Assembly (NCBI GenBank): GCA_051294375.1
Contig: CM119266.1
Location: forward strand, 17,478,087 to 17,542,086
Direction of reading: 5' to 3'
DNA: 64,000 nucleotides
Source: Paraspadella gotoi
Lineage: Eukaryota > Animalia > Chaetognatha
Position 1 is the stretch's first letter, and every line of letters starts with the position of its first letter. Below the pieces are notes generated by a model. It was not told where the DNA came from. It did no database searches and was given only the letters and a program-made list of their open reading frames with translations. This document shows, in pieces, positions 35,110 through 47,845 of this stretch. Made by a program: the position numbers and the translations under genes.

Positions 35110-37161
35110 AGCTGGATAATTGGGAAAAAATGATAAGTTTGGGAAGCGGAGGAGGAAGGAGAAGGGTGTGGGTGAAAGCCGTACTGATGAGGAAGGGAAA
35201 AGAAACTGCGCGACGTCTTGGAACGGGACAATGGTGATTAGGGAGAAGACGGTCGGGCAGAGAGAAGGAGAGGACGCGGAACGAGGGGGAAGAGCGAGGA
35301 TGAGGGAGGAGGGGAGGAAGGAGAGGGGAGACGAAGGAGGAAAATCGAAGACGCGGCATTCCGGACAACAGGCGCCTCAATGTTTTGTTTTCTGTTTGTT
35401 TGTTTATATTATAAACTTTGTTTTTGTTTTGTTTTATTTGGTTTGACTTTTTTTTCGCTTCAGCGGCGAAGATTAATATATTATAATTTTATAGGCGTGC
35501 TGTCCGTGTCGTTCGTTGTGTTGTTCTGTTGACCGCCGTCCAGCGGGCGGTAATATTTCTTTTTTCTTATTCATTATTTTGTGATTATGTTTTTTTGTTT
35601 TATTTTTTTTTAGTTTTAAACCAAAGCTATAGTCCAACTGGCTCGTTTCGTTAATGATAGTACTTTCTATTACGATGTCGCTCAATTTATTATCCTTTTA
35701 TTGTTTTCTCATATCCTTTTTGTCTTCTGGATTTCGACAAAAAAAAATGTTTACTTTTGGTTCTCCGATTTTGATTTCATTTCGTTCTACACACACGAAA
35801 TTCATTCAATTGTCTTTTTTTTAATGATTTACGCTAAACTTTCTTTCTGTTAAAATGAAATGAAATAATCTTTTTGGAAATGACCGAATACTATGTGAAT
35901 TTAGCTTCTTAGGGCAATATGGTTCCCGAAAGGGCCACTATTTGGTTTCAGAAAAATGCGCCACTAAGTTGCTTCCTGCCTTTAGGTTCAGAAATTTAGG
36001 TAGGATTGGGATAAAAATTAGGGTTAAGGTTACAGACGTTCATAGGCGTTTGATCAAAGATAGAGCTAACAGCAATGCGCCGCCATTAGCGGAATTACGG
36101 ATCTCAGAACGAATGCATGCACCAACAAAACGATGTGTTGCGTAAAACATTATCGTCTTTTTTAGAATATTTCCACATGTTATGAGAGAGCAGAGAAGTT
36201 TCAAATAACTATTATCATTCTTTTTCTTTTATTATGACTTGTCGTTTTTTTTAAAGAAATTTAAGATAAAATTAATTTGTTTCTACGGGCAAATTGGTTT
36301 TTAAAATTCGAAATCCGATTTAAAAACTAATTAAATCATCACGTTTTTTTTTTCAAACTGGGTGGTAAGATACTAAGATGGCTGGGTTAAATCACGAAAA
36401 AAAATAAGTTAAAAACAGGGAAATTACAACTTAAAGAAATAAATTTTTACATAAATAGAGAAGTAAAAAGAACGATTAAGAACCGAATCAAAGCAGACGA
36501 TAAAAGCAGGTGGTGCTAAAAAACTGTTTTGGTTTCAGCAGCTGCCTTTTTCTTGGCTTCGTTGTCGAATTTGAGAGAGAGAGAGAGAAGAGAAGAGAGA
36601 GAGAGACAGAGAGACGAAAAGGAGAGAGAGAGAGGATGAGATGAGAGATCGGAGAGAGAGAGAGAGAGAGAAATTGCAAGCAAAATTGAGAAAGGATAGA
36701 AGCGAAAAACGAGAAATATAAAAAACACGGAGGTACCTCATCTACAAGCGTGACGGAAATTTCGTCGGAGATTATAAATTGACCGGATCAGACAGATAAG
36801 ATTGACAGACTGACTTGTTCCCGCAGAAATTTTTACACTGGATAATATGGATCCAAAATTTTGAGACGAGGCGATGGAATTATTTAGTATTGTGTGGACT
36901 CTGACACGAGAGAAGAGACGAGAGCAAGAGTACGAGAGAGAGATGAGCGAGATGAGAGAGACGAGAGAGAGAGGAGAGGAGAGCAAAGAGAGTCGGATAG
37001 AATCACTACGATTCTTGGATATTTATTCAAATTCGCTACGTCCAGTCCGCACCGAGGGCAATAAAATGTAGACGAGAGAAGAGAGAGAGAAGAGGAAGAG
37101 AGACGATGAGGCAGCAGAGAGCAGAGATGAGAAGACNNNNNNNNNNNNNNNNNNNNNNNNN

Positions 37162-37196
<35 letters not shown>

Positions 37197-37756
37197 AATA
37201 TCGTCACAGCCATTGCAATGCCACGCCCAAATGTCGCCAATGTACAATTTCGACTCCAATCGATATTTTGGAGTCAGAAATTTGATCCGCGTGTTGTTCA
37301 TTTGTTTACATTTTCCTTTGATTTCCCTTTTTTGACACCAGAGGCAGACAACCTCATAAAGCTATCTTGCATCCTGACCTTGGGCAGACTATGCTGGGTT
37401 AGGTCCTCTATCTCTCTTACAAGATAATAACATGGCAACATGACCCAAAATTTTAATCAGGACGCTCTCACTATAATTTTTTGAGGCACTCAATATTTTT
37501 AATTAGCTTAAAGGTTTCTCAGAAATTATTGTCTACCAAAATTAATTAAACTTTTATGCAGTTAAAAATGCTTTTTTTTTGGAGGGGTGGTTAATTTGAT
37601 TTAGATTTTTCGTCGACACCTGGAATGAAATTAACTCAATCCGTCAAATCTAAAAACGATTTATATAGAATTTAGATTAAATTTAATTGATTTTCACATA
37701 AAAAGTTGATAAACGCAAAAATTTTGAATCGTGGCGTGGGAGAAAGAAATGAGAGA

Positions 37757-37814
<58 letters not shown>

Positions 37815-38340
37815 TGAAAGTTGAAAGTTGATTACAAAATAAGAAATTAAAATTAAACATTATCCTTTTAAAAGAGACAGCAAGCTTTTATCTCTCATAT
37901 AAAATGTCATGCATTAACTTAGTTTGTCCCAAGGTCCAGATGGCAGTAATTCCTCTGTTGGTCAAGGATTATGATGTCATTCTGAGGATGTATTAGGATT
38001 ATTAATAGAGCCAAAAAAATATAGATTAAATAAGGATAAAGACTTTTTACTACACCTATTCAAAAATATGTTTTTTTATACTTTCATGTGGAACATTATG
38101 CAAGTCCTTTTATACCATAACTAACAATGAGTTTGACAAGTGGCAACCTCTGAACCAAGTCATATGAAGTATAGTAAAAATGACATATGAAAGAAAGAAC
38201 AATAAGGTCGGAACTCAATAAACTCACGCCGGAGGCAACGACGACGACGACGATGACAACGACGACGGTAAACAAAAGGCTTCAGCGAGTGGACGGTAAT
38301 AAAAGGAAAAGGGGAGGAAGGAGAGAGAGAGAGAGAGAGA
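35110..38340 (+). repeat. Error-rich direct duplicate of ~31520-34620 (5' part of paralog 2); probable assembly artefact
   Basis: Colinear throughout, e.g. gacgataaaagcaggtggtgctaaaaaactg at ~32823 and ~36496. Differences are mostly 1-nt indels, and the copy starts next to a 25-N gap. Confidence 0.9.
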
Positions 38341-39320
38341 GACTATCGAAAGTAAGTTACCTTAAAAAATTTTGTTATGATCCACTTTGGGAAAAAAAAC
38401 TATGAAAGATATGCAGAATATGCAAAAAGATCCGATAAAAATTTATTTATAACCTATGTAAAGTGCACAAGACTATATAATCCTCATTTACATAATTGTT
38501 TTATCATACTTTATCTTTCTTACTCTCTCTCTCTTTCTCTCTTTCTCTTTCTGACTCTCGGTCTCTCTCTGTCTCTCTTTCTCTCTGTCTCTCTCTATGT
38601 CTCTCTCTATGGCGAACCAGAATGGGCAGGACCATAGTGAGCCAAACGAAACATGGAACATTGTCAGTCTGGCATTGTGTTGAGCCAAAATTAGAATCAT
38701 ATTCTTCTCCTTTTTCTATTTACTTTTTATCCCTCTAATGACTCCCTCTCTTTCCTCCTTTCTTTTCCTCTTTTTTTTTTTGTCCTTCCACTTTCCTTTT
38801 TTTATTCTTCCAATCATTCCTACCCTCTCCCTTTATTTCTCCTCATTCTTCTACCTCCATTCCTCCTTTTTCTTCCTCCTCCTGCTCCTCCAAGATTTTT
38901 CAAAGGAGATTTTCTCCGAGGATAAAAAGGATTTTTTTCTTTTATTCGCGAAATAAGAAAAAAAAAAGAAAGAAATAAATAAAAAGTGAACTTCCACCAA
39001 AGAGTAAGGAAATGCGTCTTTGGACGGAAGGACAAAGTTCAGAGGGGAAAAGCAGAAGGGGAAATATCGTGAAGGAAATCTACGATAAGAAAAGATAGTG
39101 AAATATAAAAGGGACAAAAATAAAAAGGAAGGTAATGAATAAATAAAAACTTCATGTACTAAGTTTACCAATTAATTTCTTTTAAAAATATTTTTTATTC
39201 ATTCATTTATTCATTCGTTCCTACTTTCCTTCCGTCCTAAATTAAATTAAGTTAAATTAAATTAAATCAATTAATTTAATTAATTATATTAAATAAAGTT
39301 TCCCATTCTTTCGTTACCAG

Positions 39321-39495
39321 GTGGAGGCCTCGGCGAACCTCTGTAATCCTGCGACCGGGAGCCTGGAAACCAAGCATGGTCAAACATCACGGACCCACGG
39401 AATGTCTCACAGAACCATCGTGAGGACATCCGGCATAACAGACTGCTCACAACAGACGTTAATCCGAAGCCTTCCCTCTAATAGTAATACGTGTT
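39321..39495 (+). other. Copy B of the three-copy acceptor-flanked segment
   Basis: Follows ttcgttaccag; homologous to 19930-19757 and 49970-50004; contains a hairpin at 39399-39431. Confidence 0.85.
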
Positions 39496-40208
39496 CCATC
39501 TAGTACTATTGATAAGGACATAAGATTACCGCGAAGCTTCTGTCATGTTCCCGCCCTCGTCCATAAAACCAGACTCGGTTTCTCATTTTTTATATACTTT
39601 CATTTAAAGAAGGATAGATTATGGGACAAATGTTTGACTTATATTAGTGGGTGAAAAGAAGTTATGTAACTTATGTTGCAACGAAAAAAATTCCAATGCG
39701 CGCACTGTTTTGTTTCTTGCTAAGTATAATTATAATCATAAGTATAATTAAAAACATCGGCCAGAGAGTTAACCTTATGTTGTATCCCTTTATTTTTAAA
39801 ACAAGACACTCATCTCCCGCTTTCCCTCATATTTTAAAAACTATAATAAAGGTAACTCATATTTGTCATTTAATTGTTTTAATTAATAATTTTATTTTAT
39901 TAATAATGATAATGATAATAGTGATATTTAAATAAAGTATTATTGCATATTTGATACGTTTACTCTTTTACTCTCCGCTTTGTGATTGCCATTCAATTCA
40001 TTTTATTTTCTTAACTCCCAAGCTTTATTAATTAATTACATTTTCTTATTCAAATTTAACTTTAAATTTCAAAATCACACAGAGGGTAAAGACGACGACG
40101 AAAACGACTATGATCCGCGCTGTTTTTCTGAACAACGACAACAACAACAACGACCACGACGAATAAACATGAAGACAAGAAAANNNNNNNNNNNNNNNNN
40201 NNNNNNNN

Positions 40209-43200
40209 AGAAGAAATATACCACTACTCTACAGTCATTACCTATCTTCCTAATCGACTCTGCCACTAATAGCTTGTTCAAAGTACACGGTTTACGGGGA
40301 ACAAAAGTAAATCTTTAAAAAAAAATAATGAATATACATAGTAAAACTAACTACACAAAATTAAATCCATCGAATGAGACGATGACCCGAAAGAAAGGGT
40401 TAAACTCTCTCCCGATCCCTATACCAGACATGCTAATTTTTCTTTTTTCTACGAAACCAGAAAGAGAAATTATCCTCAGTTCGAGGCTCTGCACTTTCTG
40501 TACCATCGGATCTTTCCTCCTCCTCCTTCCTCTCATCACACCCACATCTCTGCGGTGCCTCTGCTCGTCCAGTCCCTTCAAAAAATGTCAATTTATCTAC
40601 AGAACTTCAAATACACCTCTCTAGGATAAGCTCCTTGCGAATCCTACTCGTCATCCTATCTTCTTCGAAATATCCTCGGACCAAAAAGTTTTTCTTCTCT
40701 CAAACTCTCTACAGAATATTCTAAAGTGATCAATTTCTCACCCCAAAATAACAGACCGATAAAACATAAAATACTGAGAATACCACAAAGAATATTTTCG
40801 CAAATATTGTTTACACAACTTTTGCGGCGAAAAAAAACAATGAAAAATCTAATCTATCAAATTGCTATCTTTTTTTTTGCGGAAAAATCTTGTCATCACA
40901 AGGCGAATTCTCGAAAGAAAGAATAACTTTCCTACTCACGGCATTCAAGGGTGAATAAATACAAAACAAACACACTTCTCTCAATCTCTGAACGTTTTCT
41001 TCATCAAACTGGGTGGCCCTCTCCTTTATCTTCTCATCTCATCCCTCTCTCTTCTCTCTCTCTCTCTCCCTCTCTTCCTCTTCTCTCTCCTCCTCCTCTC
41101 TCTCTTCTTTCTCTCTCCTCCACCCCGGCACATTACAAAAAAAAAACTTTCTTTTAAATCCTATTGCGATTAGAACTTAAAGAAAGAGGATTGCCGGCGC
41201 AGATACTTGATTAATAAGCATTTGAATTAACTTCATTTATATTTTATAGTGATGCTTTGGAAAACTCATACAAGTGAATCTCACCTTAATTAAGCGACGA
41301 ATTTAATTCCAAATATGTATTCTATTCATATAACACACAATTGACCAACTAAAAATATGTTCTTGTATTCAACATGGCTCGCGCGATATGTTAATGATTA
41401 TTTTTTCACACCACACGGCTAAAGCCCGTAAAAATCAAAGTCGCCACATACCCCTAGTACTGGAGAATGGATCACATAAGAGGAAATATCTGCCACTTGC
41501 ATTTCACGTATTAATTGACTCAACCTCTGTAACGTCTTCGTGATAATGACTTATTTTCTGCGTATTCGTCGAGTTCATTCTATTTATCGTTATTCTTTGC
41601 GCTTTCCGTCGTTATATCTGTCTACTTAGTGCAGTACCCATTATAGTCGTAATCATATATACTTTATATCTATCTCCGTAATCTTTCTTAAACGTCATAA
41701 TAATGTACGCTATTCATATGGTCTATATGTCTATTCAGTCATCCATAATTTCATCCACAATAGAGAGATCGCCATGACTAATATATCTGCGATTACTGTC
41801 AATAACGCCATTCACTATGGTCATACAATCATCATCATACTATCATACAATCAATCACAATCCATCATCTCATCATCAATCATTACCCGCAATTCTAATG
41901 TCTCATCAAATCGCTCGTAACTCCTACTAACCTCGACCTTTTAAATCCATCGTCAACCCCTCTATCACTAACAGTCGTCACCTGACGTCCGTCATCCCAC
42001 GTCTTAAATCTATTATCCACTTTTTTTAGTAACTTCACTCTTTTCGTACAACTCGTACGAGAAACGGAGACATCGAAAACTTCCTCGACATAATCGGAAG
42101 AGATTGGCATAGTCCTCCAAATCGTTTCTCAGAGGATGGCCATGAATTAATGGGTGATAATAACATTAAGTCTCTGCCGCGTTGTCCGTTGCTTCTTATA
42201 ATCACTACACTCCTCCTACTCCTCCTCTCCTCCTCCGTAGCCAACGACGACATGAAAAGCTTTCAGTTGTATTTTAAAACTGAGATCGAGCCAAGTGTAA
42301 ATTTTCAAGTTCGTTCTTAAAACTCTCATTCCAAGCTTCCGACCTGCCTTGCGATCTCATTCCTTTTTTACAACTTCTCTACAATCAATGCCTAGATCCA
42401 GATCTTAGAGTGTCTTTTTTCTGCGCAATCGCGAAAGATAAATTGCCAGCGATATTATCATTTTCCTTTCTTTATCCATTTCTCATGTTCCTTCAACTCT
42501 TCTCCTTCTTCATCTCCCTTCTACTTTTCCCCTCCGATGCTACCATCTATCTCAAAAATCTCATTACACTATTCGAAATGTTTCTTTTACCTCACTTCCT
42601 TAAAACCATTACCCATTCAATTTTTCTTTTTAAATTTTAAACATCTTAATATGTTTTTCGGTTTCCATTCAATATTATTTCTTATACTTATTATTTTCAT
42701 AATTCATTTTCTGAATATCTTTTTATACAAAACAATAAAATTCTGTGAAGCACGACCGAAAATTTCTTTTTTTCATTTTGGAATCAACTCCGTCTAACCC
42801 TGCCCGTTCACTCCTCTAATAATGTACATCATCGTCTCGCCCATCTAACGTGTCGATGCGACATGCAAACGTTTTGCGAATTTCACTTAACGCTTTTATC
42901 CACTTTTTCTTCTTTCCTTCTTTCTTTTTATTTTTTTTCCTTTTTCCTTTATTTTTTCTTTTCAATTATTTTTTTTAAAATCCTTAAGAAACGAATTCGA
43001 ATTATAGTTAATTCTCAGAAAAAATTCATCCAACCGCGAAACGAGGCTCTCGTCAAGATGGAAAGTAAAGAGGGCACAGGAGGAGGCCAGCGAGGCAAGG
43101 AGGAAGTGGGCGCTGGCCAGTGCAAAAAACCACGCGTATATACCTGAATCGATACAACGAAATTCGCGCCAGAAGCGTGAATTCATCGGTACCGCTCTGT

Positions 43201-45780
43201 CTCTTTTAATATTAATATATTATCTATTTACCTAATATTATTACTTATTTATTAATTATTCTATTCCCTATTCATTTTATATTAATTATCTTACATATTA
43301 CTTCTCATTAATCTCTACTTCATTCTATTGTTCTAATCTTATTAATTTTTCTTCAATTTCCTTACTGTCACTTCATTATTTATTCCTTATCTAATTATTA
43401 TTTGATTCTATTTCTTTCTATATCCATAGACTGTTGATATCATTTAATAATCATATTAATCATTATATTATTATAATATTATATCACTTCTATTATCCCT
43501 ATTTATTATTCATTATTATTAATTTATTATTCAATCATTATTAATCTAAACTTTCTATCAATTACAGTTTTTTTTGCTATCTTTTAATATAATCTATTAG
43601 ATGAATCAAATAAAGCCGGTATGTCTGTGAGTGGTTCAGTCAACAAGAGTAGAGATATTGTTTGTGTTTATTTGTTTAATTCAGTGTCAATAATACTCCT
43701 TTGCGTAATTGTTTTGATTTATATTTAATATAAAAAATTTAATTCTATCTACATCTTCAATGAGATTTAAGCTTTTTTGTGTTTTTCTTATAAACATAAA
43801 AGCATGTACCAAAAGTGAAGATAATTACACGAGAATTCTTATCTCTACAAATTCCATTCGAGGACCTATTTATTATTAAATATTTTATAATCATCCGAGC
43901 ATTATATGAAATATACTAAATACAAGAGTGATTTCTTCAAGTGCGCGAAGCTGCCGAAATCGTGATGATTAAATCGATGACAATTGGAAGAAAAATAAAG
44001 CTAACGTTAAATGTGGTCTCTCTTTCACACTATGCTAAAATAATATAGGCGAACGTCAGGCCTTATAGAGTAGAACACAGAGGAAACGAAGCATTTCATT
44101 TACAAGAAAACGAACATAATAGAATGCATAATAGAGACCCTATATTAAACAGAGAAAAGTATGAGACAATCTACTAGGTCGGGAAAAGAAAAGGGAAAAA
44201 AGTTAAATTCACTTTAAGAAGAGGAGACGGCGAGTAGAAGACGAGCACAATACGTAATGAGAGCGATAGTATGCGTGATAAGAAAGCAAGAAAACTAAAT
44301 TTTTAGTATGTTAATAACCAATCAAGTCTTTAGTGCCGCCGGTTAATGACAGCCGACGAACTGAGGATTTTTTATCTCTTCTGTATTTTCCGTTGTAACC
44401 AAGAGGTTGACATTCGAGCGTGCCTAGGATGTCGGGTTCACACGACGCATCTCCAGTGAGACGGGCACAAGACCGTATTCCTCCGCATTCGAGACGGACA
44501 TGCGGACAGTTGATAAGGGAAGAACTTCGGAGACGCGACGTGATCCGCGATCTTGAGTAGTCAGTACTACGTAACGACTTTTTGTTTATCCTTCCTACCT
44601 TCCTAAAAGCCAGAATTAGTTTAACGCGAGTCGACATTCGGACGCTAAAAACTGGGAAACGAGAGAGAGAAAGAAAAATCGAGCAGAGAGAGAAAGTGAA
44701 TGAGCGAGTCACTAGATTTAGTGAAATTTTTGTATTTATTCGGAACAAAGAATTAATTTTGTGAGTTGAGCCTGAGAAAAAAGAAAATAATCTTTTTTTT
44801 TACGGACGAAAGTAAAAAAGATAGTCTTTTGCTGGTAAGAAGGAGAGCGTGAGAGTGTGCAAGGAGGATGAGTTAATTAATGTATATCTCGGTTTGAAGA
44901 GAAAGTCATTATGAAGTTATAATAAGAGGAGAGCAGAGATGTGGTAAGGAATAGTATACTCTTAGGAATCGTAGTTAAATCAATGCTTAATTTGTAGTAC
45001 TGAGAAATAGAAGTGGTCAAGAACAATTGCCCTGGTTCTCATCTATAAAAAAAGTTAAAGGCGAAAGAAAAAGAAAAAGGATCAGGTGGTGAAAGAGGGA
45101 CTCGAAACGAAGATCAAATGATCGGAGCCGAGAGAGGGCTAAACCTTTTCTAACGAAGACAACGTTATTGAGCGCCACAGAAAGCAGAGAGGGGCGGAAA
45201 GAAAAGAAAGACAAAAACACTCGAGTCTGAGAAGATGAAAAGGAAAAGCTAACGGCGAAATAAAAAAAACATTAAAAAGAAAGACATTACTTACTATAAA
45301 CTAAAATGCAAAAAACAAATATAAACACAACAAATAGCAAGAGAGAGTCAATAACAAAAGAGATAAACTTTAATTCCCTCGTAAAATCCCTCGACGTAGC
45401 CGAATCTATATAGTGAAAAACTGATGAAAAGAAAAAAATGAAAAATTAAAAATAATACAAGCGACGAAAAATCCTAAAAAGTACAAACAACCGTCGAAAA
45501 CGACACACGACGACGATGACGACGAAAAACCGATGACCACAATATTATTAATAAAAAACGTATAAACTGATTTTAAAAACAGAACCAACGACTATGACTA
45601 GTAACTTTGAACACCCGATAACGACGATCGCCCTTTGACGACGACCGCAATAATCGAAGACTTGCCCATAATTGACTATATAAACAGACGATAAATGATC
45701 GATAAGGAAAATATTGTAGTACAGCTCGAGTTAGATAGTATTGTTAGTTAGTTGTCGTCAATTGTTTAATATATACCGTT
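40209..45780 (-). repeat. Insertion-rich reverse-complement copy of ~46150-49110 (fold-back); probable long-read artefact
   Basis: gagacgatgacccgaaagaaagggttaaactc (40376) is the reverse complement of ~48977-49008; cctcgtaaaatccctcg (45377) is the reverse complement of ~46683-46699; order is mirrored. Confidence 0.85.
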
Positions 45781-45829
45781 CTTCATTTCTTTTCTTTTCT
45801 TTTTTGAAAAAAAAAAAGAACGTAGTCAT

Positions 45830-47807
45830 CTGTTTACGGGAGGGATGGCATTCCGGTTTGCGTCATTAACCAAATATTTGTCCCATTAAAGTCGTTTCCT
45901 GTCCATCATTTCTGTTCATCAATAGGCAGACATGCAGACAACCGACAATTTAGTAATTGAGTTTTCCTGCCTTTTTTAATTTCCTCTCCCTCCCTTTTGT
46001 TCTCTTTTATAGAGCGAGAGGTGAGAAGAAGAGAGAGAGAGAGAGAGAGAGAGACGAGAGAGAGAGACGAGAGAAGAGAGAGAGAGACGAGAGAGAGAGA
46101 GAGACGAGAGAGAGAGTGAAAGAAGTTCAGGTTTCTCCTCTCATTTCCGGTTTTTTAATTTCTTTTGTTTCCTCTACTAATGATTAGATTCACTCTCATC
46201 TCTCTCTCTCTCATCTCTCTTCTCTCTTCATCGTCTCTCTCTCTCTCTCAGATCCACTGTCAACTCTCTCTCATTCTCTCATCATCTCATCATCTCTCTC
46301 TCTCTACACACCCTTACCATCCACTTCGCAGTTTCTCTCCTCCTTATTCTATCCCATCTCCGGCCTTTTGCCCCGCAAAGACAAACTTGGCGTCAGTCGT
46401 CGTTCGTCGTCGTCGTAAGTCAAATTAACGTTTCTATTGCTCTTTTTCGACAACGATTCTTAAACACGACTACGTCGATGATATATATTAACAATGACGA
46501 CAACAACAACAACGACGACGACTACATCCACGAAATCGCTGAGTGGCATCAATATTCGTCGTCGTCGGCATCGTCGTCCTCTTCTTCGTCATCGTCGTCG
46601 CCATCGTCGTCGTCATCGTCGTCGTCTTCGACGGTTGTAGTTTTTCGCGTTTATTTAATTTTCATCTTTTCATCGTCGCGTCCGAGGGATTTTACGAGGA
46701 ATATTTCCTGATTTGTATTTGTTTTTTTATCTGTTTTGCATTTGTTTTGTAGTTGTTTTTATTTTTTTATTCCGTTACTTTCCTTTTTTATCTTTCAGCG
46801 GTTTTGCTTCTCTCGGTGGCGCCAAAACGTTGTCGAAAGTTTAGCCCGGCGATATTTAGAGTTCGAGTCCTCTCACTGAACTTTTCTTTTTCTTCCTAAA
46901 CTTTTTTAAGATGAGAACCAGGCAATGTTGACACTATAGTACTACAATTTTAAGTCATATTTAACTACGATTCTAAAGTATACATTCCTTACACTCCTAA
47001 TAACTTCAAAATGACTTCTTTCAAACGAATAAAAAAAAATATTTTAATTAGTTTCTTAAGAAAAGAATTTTTTACTTCGTCGAAAAAAAAAGATATTTCT
47101 TTTCAGGAATCACAAAAATTTTTGTCGAAAAAAAAATTTCACAAAAGTGACGATTCACGCTTTTCCCAGTTTTTAAGCGTCGAAGTTCGACTCGTTAAAC
47201 TAATTCGGTTTAGAGAAAAAACAGAGAAAAGGACAGCGAAGTTCTCTTATAACGAGATCGAGAGAAGACGGGTGGGAAAAAAGACAGCGAAGTTTGCATA
47301 CAACGAGAAAAAGAAGAAAAACAGTTCGCTTATAACGAAAAGACGATAAAAATAAAAATTAGTTCGCTTTTAACGAAATCGCTCATACGTATTGGGTAAA
47401 GAGAAAGTAATTGTTTTTTTAGTTTATTTGCATTTGTTCGTAATAATGTTCGTTTAAGGCGGTTTATATTTACATAGAAAGGGAGTTTTTACTTCAATTG
47501 ATGAAAAAACTAGACCTGGCATGAAGAAATGAAGAAAATAANNNNNNNNNNNNNNNNNNNNNNNNNNNNNNNNNNNNNNNNNNNNNNNNNNNNNNNNNNN
47601 NNNNNNNNNNNNNNNNNNNNNNNNNNNNNNNNNNNNNNNNNNNNNNNNNNNNNNNNNNNNNNNNNNNNNNNNNNNNNNNNNNNNNNNNNNNNNNNNNNNN
47701 NNNNNNNNNNNNNNNNNNNNNNNNNNNNNNNNNNNNNNNNNNNNNNNNNNNNNNNNNNNNNNNNNNNNNNNNNNNNNNNNNNNNNNNNNNNNNNNNNNNN
47801 NNNNNNN

Positions 47808-47845
<38 letters not shown>

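Noticed and set aside
17612-38340. Tandem copies 17612-19143 and 35110-38340 as extra family members or pseudogenes
   Set aside because: Differences are dominated by scattered 1-nt indels, introns are as similar as exons, and the copies abut gaps. This is typical of uncollapsed noisy reads.
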